DNA of 64,000 nucleotides from Abditibacterium sp. (GCA_965199495.1 CBDASK010000003.1:3104001-3168000); one strand, 5' to 3'. Shown: positions 47,626 through 57,560, numbered from the stretch's first letter. Numbers and translations: made by a program. Notes: generated by a model from the sequence alone, not told the origin.

Positions 47626-48528
47626 TTAACCGTGACGCAACCCAAATCCACCCGATTTTTTCTCGCTCGTCGAGCGGCGCAGATATTTTTGCACCGTTGG
47701 CAGTTGGCCGATGAAATCGCTCGCCAGCAAACCGTCTTCGGGGCCGTCTTTGGTCAGCGCCTCGCCCGCTTGCGCGTGCAGGTGAACGCCCCAAATTGTG
47801 GCGCGTGTGGCGTCCAATCCCTGCGCCAATAAACTGCCGATGATGCCCGCCAAAACATCGCCGCTTCCGGCGGTGCCCAGCGCGCGTGGGCCACTTTCTT
47901 CCAAATACGCGTCGCCTTCGGGCGTGGCGATGATGGTATGATGGCCTTTCAAGGCCAGCGTCGCGCCCGCTTTCTGGGCGTATTCGGTTGCCAATTGTTC
48001 GCGATTGTCACCGATGGTTTTGCCTGTCAGTGTCTCGAACTCGCCGTCATGCGGCGTCAGAATGCGCGCGCGCGCGTTGGCTTTCCAGTCGCTGGATAAC
48101 GCGCTAATCGCCTGCGCGTCAATCAATAGCGGAAGGGGCGCCGCTTCGACGACTTGGCGCGCGAACTCGTCGGTTTCGGAGTTTTCGTCCAAACCGGGGC
48201 CAAGCACGATGGCGTCGCAAACTTTCGCTTGCGCCGCGATGAGTTCGATGGCGTCCGCCGCAATCGTGCCATCTTTGGTTTCGGGGAGTGGCACGACCAT
48301 CAGTTCGGGCAAGGCGATTCCGATCGCCATCGCCACGCCCTGCGGTGCAGCCACGCGCACCGACCCGCAACCGGCGCGCAGCGCCGCGCGCGCGGCCAAA
48401 ATCGCGGCGCCGGGAATGCGCCGCGAACCGCCGATAATTAAAAGTTTGCCCCGGTCGGCTTTATGAGTTTCCTCGTTCCAGTCGGGCAGAGGATGAGATT
48501 TCAAAAGTTCAATGTCTATATTTTTCAT
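47626..48528 (-). CDS. nnrD: ADP-dependent NAD(P)H-hydrate dehydratase
   Basis: HKADRGKLLIIGGS, GPGL, LTPHDGE, LKG, GTAGSGDVLAG. Confidence 0.92.
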   Translation of the reverse strand: MKNIDIELLKSHPLPDWNEETHKADRGKLLIIGGSRRIPGAAILAARAALRAGCGSVRVAAPQGVAMAIGIALPELMVVPLPETKDGTIAADAIELIAAQAKVCDAIVLGPGLDENSETDEFARQVVEAAPLPLLIDAQAISALSSDWKANARARILTPHDGEFETLTGKTIGDNREQLATEYAQKAGATLALKGHHTIIATPEGDAYLEESGPRALGTAGSGDVLAGIIGSLLAQGLDATRATIWGVHLHAQAGEALTKDGPEDGLLASDFIGQLPTVQKYLRRSTSEKKSGGFGLRHG

Positions 48529-48572
48529 GGAAAGTTAGGAGTCAGAATTAGAATTCATGCCAACTTCTGCCG

Positions 48573-49616
48573 TTACAATGTCGCTAAAAATTTGTTGCTG
48601 ATGTCGTGGCCATAATGCTGGCGATAGAACATTTTGCGCTCCAAATCTTCGATGACGGCGGCGTTGAAGTCTACGCCTTCATACTCGCTGGCGTGCCACA
48701 AACCGCCGGGCGAAAACACGTTGATTTCCATCAACTTATCGCCGACGATGTCGAGGCCGACCAAATACATTCCATCGGCGACCAATTTCGGACGCACGAT
48801 TTCGCAAATTTGAAGCATTTCCGGCGTAATCTCGGCGTGTTCACCCGTCCCGCCGACGTGCATATTCGAGCGCATATCGGCGGTCGTGCTTTTGCGCCGG
48901 AGCGCCGCATATTTGCCGTCAACTTCGAGCGGCTTGCCGTTCATCAAAAACAAACGCACATCGCCTTCCGACGCGGCGGGCAGATACTCCTGCGCCACGA
49001 CATAACCATCGCGCGCGATACTTTCGACCATTTGATTGAGGTTGGGCGCGTCGGTCGGGCGAACCAGAAACACGCCGCTTCCGCCCGAACCCTGCAACGG
49101 TTTAATCACCATATGCTCGTTGTTTTCCTGATGAAAACGCCGAATATCGTTGATGTCGCGCGAAATCAATGTTTTGGGGCGCACCGCTTCGGGAAAATGC
49201 TGGAAATACATTTTGTTAATCGCATCTGCGAGAGTCGCCGGATGATTGACCACCAACGGCCCGCGCCGCGCCGCCAACTGCCCGAAAACGATGCCCGCCG
49301 TTTGCGTCCAAGCGCCGCCGCCCGCGATGGGTTCGGCGGCGTCGTTGCGCAACATCAAAACATCGAGATCATCAATTTTCACATGACTCGGCGTGGCTGC
49401 TTGCATCGCCTTGATGTAAGTTTCGCTCGATTTATAATTCGACTTGGGCGCCGTCATCGCCAAGGCGCGGACGTGATTATCGCTTTCCTCGATAAAATCG
49501 CTGACGCCCATCGTCCAAACTTCGTGGTCGCGCTTGAGCGCCGTTAGCGCCAGCGAGGTCGTCGCGTAAGTCGCCTGTTCGGTCGCGACATCATTGACTA
49601 CAAATCCAATTTTCAT
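48573..49616 (-). CDS. Glutathione synthetase-like ATP-grasp ligase
   Basis: LMLRND, KPLQGSGGSGVF, QEYLP..GDVR, GLDIVGDKLMEINVFSPGG. Confidence 0.88.
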   Translation of the reverse strand: MKIGFVVNDVATEQATYATTSLALTALKRDHEVWTMGVSDFIEESDNHVRALAMTAPKSNYKSSETYIKAMQAATPSHVKIDDLDVLMLRNDAAEPIAGGGAWTQTAGIVFGQLAARRGPLVVNHPATLADAINKMYFQHFPEAVRPKTLISRDINDIRRFHQENNEHMVIKPLQGSGGSGVFLVRPTDAPNLNQMVESIARDGYVVAQEYLPAASEGDVRLFLMNGKPLEVDGKYAALRRKSTTADMRSNMHVGGTGEHAEITPEMLQICEIVRPKLVADGMYLVGLDIVGDKLMEINVFSPGGLWHASEYEGVDFNAAVIEDLERKMFYRQHYGHDISNKFLATL

Positions 49617-49655
49617 ATTCAATGCGAGGCAAGCAAATCTAACACCGCCGAAAAG

Positions 49656-49890
49656 ATGGTTTTTCACAAAGACCTCGAAGAAGGAACACCGCAGTTGGCC
49701 TCACTCTGTCATTTCGAGCTTGCCGAGAAATCTTTTGCCCGCGCGGCAGCGCAAGTCCGCAAATCTTTCACTCTCAAGCTCGCGCATCATTTCCGCTGGC
49801 GCGGGGCCGCAAGATTTCTCGGCTTCGCTCGAAATGACAGAGCGAGGCCAACTGCGGTGTTCCTTCTTCGAGGTCTTTGTGAAAAACCAT
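49656..49890. repeat. TGTCATT-family palindromic element, copy 2
   Basis: Same core as 28591 (inverted) with a different ~50-bp outer arm. Confidence 0.88.
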
Positions 49891-49892
49891 TC

Positions 49893-51845
49893 TTATTCAC
49901 CCAGCGACGCCAACAAATCCAAAACCGTCATGCCCACTCGCATCCGAGTCAAACGCTCCTGCGCCAACGGTGTATCGAGAAAGCGCGGGCGCAATCGCAT
50001 CGGCTCCAAGACGCCGCGCAGGTGAAGTTCGCGCACCAGTGACAGCGTTTCCGCGCTGATTTTGCCGCTCCACAAAAGGTCAAACTCGCCGCCCTGTCCC
50101 AGATAATCGAGCAGCCACGCCAAGCCGCGCAGATAAACCGCGTCTTTAGTGAAGCCGCCGCCGCGATAAACGCGCATCGTCAAACTCCAACTGGCGCGCG
50201 CCGAAAAACCGTGATTGTCGTGCAAAGCCCGAAACGTTTCGATGAAATTGGCGCCGCTAATCAGCGAATTCACCGCCCACACGCGCGCCGCTAATAATCG
50301 CAATCGCAGCGGATGCAAACCGCCGCTGAGCCATTCGGCGAGTAGGGCGGTGCCCTCTTGCAACGGATCGTAATCGGGAAAACCGATATAGAGCAACTTG
50401 AGCGGTTGCGCCTTACCATTGGCGTGCGAGACGATGTGCGTGCCGACTTCGTGCTGAATTAAGGCTTCCAATCGCGGCGCCGGATAGGCGAAATTTTCGG
50501 CGATGAGCAACTGTCCTGCCGCGACCATGACGCCGGGCACATCGTCGCGCACTTGAACTTTGGACGAAAGTTCGGGATATTGCGCGCGATAAAAATCTAT
50601 TTCGCACTGGGCGCGCCGCGCGAATTCGTGCGCACTGACCATCTCAGTTTTTGGCAACGCGCCGACGCGCTTTTGGCGCGCTTCTCGTTCGTCGGCGTCA
50701 TCTTCCTCGTCTTCGATGGCGGGCGCGGTGCGCTCCAAAACCTGATTCGCCAATTCCAACAACGGCGCTTCGATGCCGCCGTAAAGCGCCATTGAACCCG
50801 GCAAAAATCGCGGCGTGTTGCGATCTTCCAACAACGTGATTTGGCGGTCTAATTCCAATCGCTTTTCGTGAAAGAGCGCCTGTAACGCGGGCGATTCGAC
50901 GCGTTCGAGTTCGATATTATAAAGATCGCGCTTGAGCAAGTCGGGGTCGAACGGCAATAATCGGTCGTGGAAAATCGGCGTTTTCGCAAATTTATTTTCT
51001 TTGAACTCGCGCCATTGCGTTTCGGTGTTGACCGGCGTGACGCCCAACAAAAAGTTCCAGTTGGCGGCGATTTCGGCGATTTGCCGGTCGGTTTCCCACA
51101 CGGCGTCGCCGACTTGCCGCAAACCCAACGCGCGAAAATCTTCGATCTCTTCGTCGGTCTGCACCTGCATGAACTCGGCGAACGTTTTTTGCAGCGCGAT
51201 GCCCAACTCGCGCCGCAAACTTTGCAGCGACGCCGGGAAAATCGGCCCATCGTCGGCCTCGCGAAAGAGCGGCGGCACTTCCAAACCCAACACGCGACAC
51301 GACCGTTCGCGCGCCTTGCCTTCGTCCAAAAGCGGTTGCCAGTCGAGCGCCCCACCCAAAGGTTCGATTTCGACTTCAATAGTCGCGCCCAACCAATTCA
51401 TTTTGCCCAGCGCGCGTTGCAAGCGCGCCGTCGAAACCGGCGTTTGTCCGGCTTCTTCGCCCGAACAAATCCGAAACCGCGCGCCCGACCCAGCCGCCGT
51501 GGCTGCATCTTCCGCGTCGGCGGGGCGCGTCCACAATTCGAGCAACAAAACCGCGCCAAACTTATCGGCCAATGCCAAAGTTATCGCTTCGATGAGCGCT
51601 TTTGTTTCGTCTTTGTGCTGCGTGGGCGCGATCAAAAACGAGCCTTGCCCCAGCAATAAATCGCCGCTTCCGGCATCGTAATGTCGCAGCCGATGAACGC
51701 TCAAAAACGGCAACGGGCGATCAATATGCAAACGCCCACCGTCGGGCAAAAGCCGATAAACGCGTTCGCCGTCGGCGATGCGCTGGCAAACTTCGGTAAT
51801 AAATTCGGGCGAAATCGAATCGCGAGCGGAGATAAAATCAGACAT
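49893..51845 (-). CDS. QEGLA-motif / DUF1704 metallopeptidase (MATCAP-like)
   Basis: LHIDRPLPFL, HEVGTH (HExxxH), LQEGTA, RVYRGGGFTKDAVYLRG. Confidence 0.88.
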   Translation of the reverse strand: MSDFISARDSISPEFITEVCQRIADGERVYRLLPDGGRLHIDRPLPFLSVHRLRHYDAGSGDLLLGQGSFLIAPTQHKDETKALIEAITLALADKFGAVLLLELWTRPADAEDAATAAGSGARFRICSGEEAGQTPVSTARLQRALGKMNWLGATIEVEIEPLGGALDWQPLLDEGKARERSCRVLGLEVPPLFREADDGPIFPASLQSLRRELGIALQKTFAEFMQVQTDEEIEDFRALGLRQVGDAVWETDRQIAEIAANWNFLLGVTPVNTETQWREFKENKFAKTPIFHDRLLPFDPDLLKRDLYNIELERVESPALQALFHEKRLELDRQITLLEDRNTPRFLPGSMALYGGIEAPLLELANQVLERTAPAIEDEEDDADEREARQKRVGALPKTEMVSAHEFARRAQCEIDFYRAQYPELSSKVQVRDDVPGVMVAAGQLLIAENFAYPAPRLEALIQHEVGTHIVSHANGKAQPLKLLYIGFPDYDPLQEGTALLAEWLSGGLHPLRLRLLAARVWAVNSLISGANFIETFRALHDNHGFSARASWSLTMRVYRGGGFTKDAVYLRGLAWLLDYLGQGGEFDLLWSGKISAETLSLVRELHLRGVLEPMRLRPRFLDTPLAQERLTRMRVGMTVLDLLASLGE

Positions 51846-52046
51846 TTATTTATTAAACCACCGAATTACAAATCGTATTAAAACTGCATTGCTCGCCGCC
51901 CATAGGATGGCGCATGTAAGCATAGCAATGAAAAATCCAAAGTTGCCGAATTGATGCAAATACGGCTTCATGAAAATAAGACTTATTGCGCTTGGCACTG
52001 CCGCTATCAGCCAAACCAAAGCGACAACCAGATGATTGTAATTCAT
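51846..52046 (-). CDS. Small AT-rich two-TM protein
   Basis: MNYNHLVVALVWL... fills the gap between two operon genes. Confidence 0.55.
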   Translation of the reverse strand: MNYNHLVVALVWLIAAVPSAISLIFMKPYLHQFGNFGFFIAMLTCAILWAASNAVLIRFVIRWFNK

Positions 52047-52051
52047 AGAAT

Positions 52052-52861
52052 TTATAATTTTGCCAACTCTTTGCGCGCGCCCTCGAACGTCGAAAGTAAT
52101 GCCAGCCGAATCAATTCGCGTTGCGCTTCGTCGGGATCGCCGCTCCATTCGTCCATCCAAAACTTTTTCCATTCGATGGCGATGCTACAAGCCGAATCGG
52201 GGAATTCGTCATGAATCCATTTGGAAAAGTAGCCGCCGCCGAATTTGACGTTTTCGCGTACGTCCAAATGGCGCCCGCCGAAATCGAAGGCGCGCAAATC
52301 GGCCATTACGCGTTCGATGAGCGGGCGAAATTTCGGATCGCCCAGCGTTTTAGTGCCGATATTGACTTCGGGATTTTCGTCGGGGTTGGCGATTGGCCCA
52401 TCGGCGCCGTCGCGGCGATGGTTGTAGGAATGCAAATCGTAGACGGCGAAATTGCCGAACGAAGCGCGCACCTTTTCCAGTTCGATTTTGGCTTCGGCAT
52501 AAAACGCTTCCTGCAGAGCCATCGAATCCGCAGCCACGGCGTCGGGCAAGTCGGTTTTCCACACATCCAAACCCCACGCATCGGCGGGCACGCGATAAAC
52601 CGCTTTATCGGGCGCGCGATTCAAATCGAGTTCAAATCGCGAATGGAGTCCGACGACATGACGCGGCAGTAAGCGCGCCATATCGCCGGTAAACGGGTCT
52701 TCTTCGCGCAAACGCCCGGCGTCATCGAGCGCGAAATGTGCGGAAACTTCGGGCCGGGCTTCGTGTCCATCGTGAACCGCCGCGCCCATAAGCGGCGAAA
52801 GTGTGCCGCCCCAGTTCCATGTCGGTTGCAGTTTTCGTCTGGTCAATTCGGGATGTTGCAT
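52052..52861 (-). CDS. N-formylglutamate amidohydrolase family
   Basis: AVHDGH, REEDPFT, SRFELDLNR, DLHSYNHRR, ENVKFGGG; start uncertain. Confidence 0.88.
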   Translation of the reverse strand: MQHPELTRRKLQPTWNWGGTLSPLMGAAVHDGHEARPEVSAHFALDDAGRLREEDPFTGDMARLLPRHVVGLHSRFELDLNRAPDKAVYRVPADAWGLDVWKTDLPDAVAADSMALQEAFYAEAKIELEKVRASFGNFAVYDLHSYNHRRDGADGPIANPDENPEVNIGTKTLGDPKFRPLIERVMADLRAFDFGGRHLDVRENVKFGGGYFSKWIHDEFPDSACSIAIEWKKFWMDEWSGDPDEAQRELIRLALLSTFEGARKELAKL

Positions 52862-52968
52862 TCTGGGGCAAGGCCGCAAAGTAAAGGCCGTCATTTTGTC
52901 CGCGAAGGCGGACAGTCGCGGCGAAGCCGATCCCAGACCCACATTTTAATGTGGGGACACGGCGCTCC

Positions 52969-53499
52969 TCATTTCACTTGACTCGCGCACCATTGCAACA
53001 AAAGTTTCATTTCCAAGCGCTGCACTTCGCGCAATGCGTCGTCCGATTCGCCCGTTTCGGCGGATTTTTCGCACCATTGGTTGAACGTGCGGGGAATCCA
53101 TGTCGGCGCGTTGCGCAGTTCGTCCAAAAATCCGAATTCGGGCACGCGATGCAAAATCATGTCGTGCAATTCGTCGAAAACCGGATGCTGCCCCGCGCGA
53201 TTCCACCAATAATTGGCGTTGGAAAAATCGCCTTCGCGGCGGTGCATAATGCCGTGCCAAAAACTGCTCGTCGGCGTGTCAATGACTTGGAAAATATTGT
53301 GAGCGCGCACCAAATCGTCGTTGAACATTAATAATCCGGCACGACACAATTCGGACATCATGGCATCATCGGCGGTGTTGTGATTCGGGAATAGATTGGC
53401 GCCCATAATTTCGCGCGACAAAACGTCATCGAGCGGTTGGGTGGGCATCAAAACGACGGGCGTTTCGGTGAGGTGAAGGTAGGAAGAAAAATCGGCCAT
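52969..53499 (-). CDS. Conserved hypothetical protein
   Basis: WHGIMHRREGDFSNANYWW conserved-looking motif. Confidence 0.75.
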   Translation of the reverse strand: MADFSSYLHLTETPVVLMPTQPLDDVLSREIMGANLFPNHNTADDAMMSELCRAGLLMFNDDLVRAHNIFQVIDTPTSSFWHGIMHRREGDFSNANYWWNRAGQHPVFDELHDMILHRVPEFGFLDELRNAPTWIPRTFNQWCEKSAETGESDDALREVQRLEMKLLLQWCASQVK

Positions 53500-53521
53500 T
53501 GTCCGACAGTTTAACTTTCGT

Positions 53522-53938
53522 TTAGCCGCCGGGCAGGGGAAACGCGCCCGCCAACCGCGCGACCCAAAACGTGAAAAGCAAAGTTGACATTCCGATGAGA
53601 AATACGCGTTGCGCGCGCACGGGTTGGGGAAACGGCGGTTTTGTCAGTGACAGCCACGCCGACCACATTGTGTAGATTAAGGCGCTCACAAACAGAAATG
53701 GCCCCAACGGATGCCACACCAACGCTTCGCGGAAGTATCCGTGTGCCATCGAAACCCACGCGCGCGTCAGGCCGCAACCGGGACATGGATAGCCCGTGAG
53801 ATTGTGAAACGCACAAATCGAAGGCATGCCCGCGATGGCGTTATCGTGGGGCAAGGGCAAAATCGCCGAGGCCATAAGCAGCGCCGCCAGAAAATAAGTC
53901 GAGGGCCACAAACGAAATTGGCGAATTGATTTTTCCAT
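53522..53938 (-). CDS. DUF2752 membrane protein
   Basis: CAFHNLTGYPCPGCGLTRA, HPLG. Confidence 0.9.
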   Translation of the reverse strand: MEKSIRQFRLWPSTYFLAALLMASAILPLPHDNAIAGMPSICAFHNLTGYPCPGCGLTRAWVSMAHGYFREALVWHPLGPFLFVSALIYTMWSAWLSLTKPPFPQPVRAQRVFLIGMSTLLFTFWVARLAGAFPLPGG

Positions 53939-54040
53939 TGGTTAAAGCGAAATCGAGTTTAGCTTATGGCCAGCGAATTTATTCGCTGATGTCTTGAAAA
54001 ACGGCCCACGTTAAACTTGAGGCGACAAATTCACCGACCG

Positions 54041-54799
54041 ATGAAATCGCTTTTTAAACAAATGATCGCGCGCGCCATGCCCGGTTCTTATTCGCACCGC
54101 GTGCCGGGACGGCCCAATCCCATCGCCATTGCCATCGCCGAAAAATACGGCTATCGCGTTCTGAACGGCCCGTTCGCCGGATTGAATTACACGCGCAAAG
54201 CGGCGGGTTCGGCGCTCGCTCCGAAATTAATCGGTTCTTACGAGCGCGAATTGCATCCGGTGTGGGAACAAATTCTGCGCAAAAATTACGATTTAGTTGT
54301 GGACATCGGTTGCGCCGAGGGTTATTATGCGGTCGGTCTGGCGAAACATCTGCCGGGCACGCCGCGCGTTGTGGCTTTCGATATAGATTATGAAGCGCGT
54401 CTGTTATGCCGCGAATTGTCTATCAAAAATGGCGTTTCCAATCGCGTCGAAGTTTTGGGCGAATGCGACGTGGCTGCACTTGGGCGCGTCTTGAAACCGC
54501 GTTCATTAGTGGTCTGCGATTGCGAGGGCGCCGAAGTGGATTTGCTGCAACCCGACCAAGTCGAGGCGCTACGCCACTCCGATATTTTGGTCGAATTGCA
54601 CGATTTTCTGCGCACGGGCGTCACGCCGACTTTAACGGAGCGTTTCGCGAAAACGCACGATATTCAACTGATTGACAGCGCGCAACCCGATGCGTCGCTC
54701 TATAAAGAACTCGAAATTCTGACGCCGCAACAACGTGAAATCGCGTTGGACGAACGCGCCAAGCCGATGCAATGGGCGTGGATGACGGCGAAAGTTTGA
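54041..54799 (+). CDS. SAM-dependent methyltransferase (FkbM-like)
   Basis: GSYERELH, VDIGCAEGYY, DCEGAE, VELH. Confidence 0.8.
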   Translation: MKSLFKQMIARAMPGSYSHRVPGRPNPIAIAIAEKYGYRVLNGPFAGLNYTRKAAGSALAPKLIGSYERELHPVWEQILRKNYDLVVDIGCAEGYYAVGLAKHLPGTPRVVAFDIDYEARLLCRELSIKNGVSNRVEVLGECDVAALGRVLKPRSLVVCDCEGAEVDLLQPDQVEALRHSDILVELHDFLRTGVTPTLTERFAKTHDIQLIDSAQPDASLYKELEILTPQQREIALDERAKPMQWAWMTAKV

Positions 54800-54803
54800 T
54801 TAC

Positions 54804-54939
54804 AATTTTTACCTAAGCCCGTGACACAGGAGCAGCGGGGCTGACGCACCCTTCCAATCGGCGGACTTCCTCGAATAAATACCGATTGGAAGGGTGCGTC
54901 AGCCCCGCTGCTCCTGTGTCACGGGCTTAGGTAAAAATT
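54804..54939. repeat. GGGGCTGACGC-family palindrome, copy 2, with long outer arms
   Basis: ~58-bp perfect inverted repeat between convergent genes. Confidence 0.88.
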
Positions 54940-54942
54940 TTA

Positions 54943-55659
54943 TTACAACAGCGACAATTGTTCTGGCGCCATATCCATGTCGTTTTCGCCGATGGGCGCG
55001 ATGCACGCCGCGTCATCGAAGGCGACGTTGCCGACTTTGCGATCCACGGGAAACGCTTCCATTTCGGTGTCGGGAAAAGTTTTGAGCAATTCCAGAGCAT
55101 CGTGGGCCGAAACTTTCGGATCGAGCCAGATTTTTTCGTCCTGCGGTTTTAAAATTACCGCCATCCGATGATGCAAAGTCGCCAGCAACGGATTCGGATC
55201 GGACGTGATAATCGTCGCGGTGCGCAGTGGCGCATCGCCCGGCCCGTTCCACTCTTCCCACAACCCGGCGAACGCGTAAATGCGGTCATCGGTGAAGCGA
55301 ATATAATGCGGCTGTTTGGTTTTGCCGACGGTTTTCCATTCGTAAAATCCGTCTGCGGGAATCAGGCAACGCCGACTGCGCAAGGCGTTTTTAAACGATG
55401 GCTTTTCGATTAACGTTTCGGCGCGCGCGTTGATCATTTTGGCGCCAATCGCGTCGTCTTTGGCCCACGAAGGCACCAAACCCCAGCGATAACCTTCCAA
55501 AACGCGCTTGCCGTCGCCATAAGCGTTTTGGGTGACAACGGCCAAAGGCTGCATCGGTGCGATGTTATAGCGCGCGGGAAACTCGAACAAAGTTTCCTGC
55601 ACCACGAAGCGCGCGGCGACTTCGGGCGCCGAATGATGAAGAGTGAAACGTCCGCACAT
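54943..55659 (-). CDS. SRAP (YedK/HMCES) abasic-site protein
   Basis: MCGRF, RYNIAP, WGLVP, INARAE, GFYEW, HHRM. Confidence 0.93.
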   Translation of the reverse strand: MCGRFTLHHSAPEVAARFVVQETLFEFPARYNIAPMQPLAVVTQNAYGDGKRVLEGYRWGLVPSWAKDDAIGAKMINARAETLIEKPSFKNALRSRRCLIPADGFYEWKTVGKTKQPHYIRFTDDRIYAFAGLWEEWNGPGDAPLRTATIITSDPNPLLATLHHRMAVILKPQDEKIWLDPKVSAHDALELLKTFPDTEMEAFPVDRKVGNVAFDDAACIAPIGENDMDMAPEQLSLL

Positions 55660-55744
55660 AATGGCGCGTTTGTGTTGCAAGGCAAGCGCCAGAATGGGCA
55701 AGGATAAAGGCTGAAGGCTAAAGGATAAAAAGTAAATTCACTCG

Positions 55745-56293
55745 ATGATTAAACCCACGCCCGAACAATTGCGCGCCGCCGTTGGCGATTTTACGCCCGA
55801 TATACTCGCGCCGAATTTGAACGTTCTCTTTTGCGGCATTAATCCGAGCGTTTATTCGGCGGTCGTCGGCCACCATTTCGCGCGGCCCGGTAATCGGTTT
55901 TGGCGCGCGTTGCATCGCGGCGGCTTCACGCCGCACCAAATCGCGCCCGAAAATGACGCGCAATTGCTCGATTATGGTTTGGGCGTAACCAACGTGGTTG
56001 CGCGCGCCACGGTCGCCGCCGCCGATTTGACCAACGCCGAATTACGCGCTGGAGCGCCCTTACTCATCGAGAAAATCGAGACGTTCCAGCCGACGTGGCT
56101 GGCAATTGTGGGCATCGGCGCCTATCGCGTGGCGTTCGATGAACCTAAAGCGACAATCGGCCCGCAAACGCGCACAATTGGCGCGACCAAAGTTTGGGTT
56201 TTGCCCAATCCCAGCGGCTTAAACGCGCATTATCCGCCCGACGCGTTGGCCGAGAAATTCGGCGAATTGTGGGCGGTGGTTTGTTCCAGTTGA
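55745..56293 (+). CDS. mug: G/U mismatch-specific DNA glycosylase
   Basis: FCGINP, HHFARPGNRFW, LPNPSGLNAH. Confidence 0.93.
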   Translation: MIKPTPEQLRAAVGDFTPDILAPNLNVLFCGINPSVYSAVVGHHFARPGNRFWRALHRGGFTPHQIAPENDAQLLDYGLGVTNVVARATVAAADLTNAELRAGAPLLIEKIETFQPTWLAIVGIGAYRVAFDEPKATIGPQTRTIGATKVWVLPNPSGLNAHYPPDALAEKFGELWAVVCSS

Positions 56294-56348
56294 ATGATTT
56301 TCCAGCGAATTTATTCGCTGGAAACGTGCGATTTCGCGCTAAATTTGC

Positions 56349-56525
56349 TTAATGTAGCTTGACGCGAGTTTCTGCGTAATGCGGCCCGTAGGGTCAAAAC
56401 ACGTTTTGACCGCGTCACAGAGGCTAACCTTTTAACGAGGAAACAGGCTCACGTTTTGACGCGGTCAAAACGTGTTTTGACCCTACGGGCCGCATTACGC
56501 AGAAACTCGCGTCAAGCTACATTAA
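56349..56525. repeat. GTAG-type REPIN with long perfect outer arms
   Basis: ...CCGTAGGGTCAAAACACGTTTTGACCGCGTCA arm (~69 bp) and its reverse complement. Confidence 0.88.
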
Positions 56526-56546
56526 TTTGATGCCTATGGAAAACAC

Positions 56547-57482
56547 TCAACTTTCCAACAAAACTTCCGCGTCGCGCGGCCCGATGCGCGCCGCTTCCAA
56601 CTGCGCGGCGTTGGCGGCGCCCGCAGCCATGCCCCAGCGCGCGGCTTGATAAACGTCGCCGCTTTGCAGCCAGCGCGCGACAAACGCGCCGACCAACGAA
56701 TCGCCCGAACCGACGGGCGAAACTTCCTCGACGGAGGGCGCGGCCAACCATTCGATTTGGCCGTCATTGCCCAGCCACAAGCCGCGCGCGCCGCACGACA
56801 AAAGCACGACCGCAACGCCCATTCGCATCAGTTCGCGCACGGCATTACGCTGCGCTTCGGGCGTTTCCAATTCGCGATTTAGCAGTTCGCTCGCTTCGGC
56901 CAAATTGGGTTTAATCGCCCACGGCGGATTACGAGATTGCAGCGCGCGCGCGAACTGCGCGCCTTTGCCGTCATACAAAACCGGTTTGCCCGCGCGCGCC
57001 GCCAGTTCGCACAAATGCGCGCCACTCATATCGTCAACAAATGGCGGATACGAACCGCCGATAATCGCGATTTGGCAAGTTGGCAAATGAACGTCGAAAC
57101 GCTCGCCAATCATTTCCGCTTCGCGCGCCGACAACGCGTTGCCAGCCTCGACGAGTTCGGTAAAGCCGCTTTGGTGAACGATGTTGGTCGCGGTGCGTGT
57201 ATCGGCTTCGACTTCAACTAAATCGTGTAATAAATTATCGTCGCGCAGCAGTTCGCGAAATTGCGCGCTTTGATGGCGACCAACGGGCGCCAAAACGCGA
57301 ATGTGGGCGCCGAAACGAGCCGCCACGCGCGCGGCGTTGATACCTTTGCCGCCCGCCGTCACGCGCAGATTTTCTGTCGCGACGCGGTGAGAATGGCCGC
57401 GCGCGAAATCGGCGACGAAAAGCGTGCGTTCGATGCAAGGATTGGGCGTGAAAAAAAACGCGTCAATGGTTGCGGATTCCAT
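56547..57482 (-). CDS. 1-phosphofructokinase-family (PfkB) hexose kinase
   Basis: TPNPCIE, AGGKGINAAR, KPNLAE, VGSGDS. Confidence 0.9.
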   Translation of the reverse strand: MESATIDAFFFTPNPCIERTLFVADFARGHSHRVATENLRVTAGGKGINAARVAARFGAHIRVLAPVGRHQSAQFRELLRDDNLLHDLVEVEADTRTATNIVHQSGFTELVEAGNALSAREAEMIGERFDVHLPTCQIAIIGGSYPPFVDDMSGAHLCELAARAGKPVLYDGKGAQFARALQSRNPPWAIKPNLAEASELLNRELETPEAQRNAVRELMRMGVAVVLLSCGARGLWLGNDGQIEWLAAPSVEEVSPVGSGDSLVGAFVARWLQSGDVYQAARWGMAAGAANAAQLEAARIGPRDAEVLLES

Positions 57483-57560
57483 GTTAAAGTCGAGTCGAAA
57501 AATGGTAAAAATGGTTCAATACCATTGGTAAATCCCGCCGGAAGTTCGTTTTTCCCGACC

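Noticed and set aside
57500..57550. tRNA-like GGTTCAATACC
   Set aside because: No cloverleaf or acceptor stem around it
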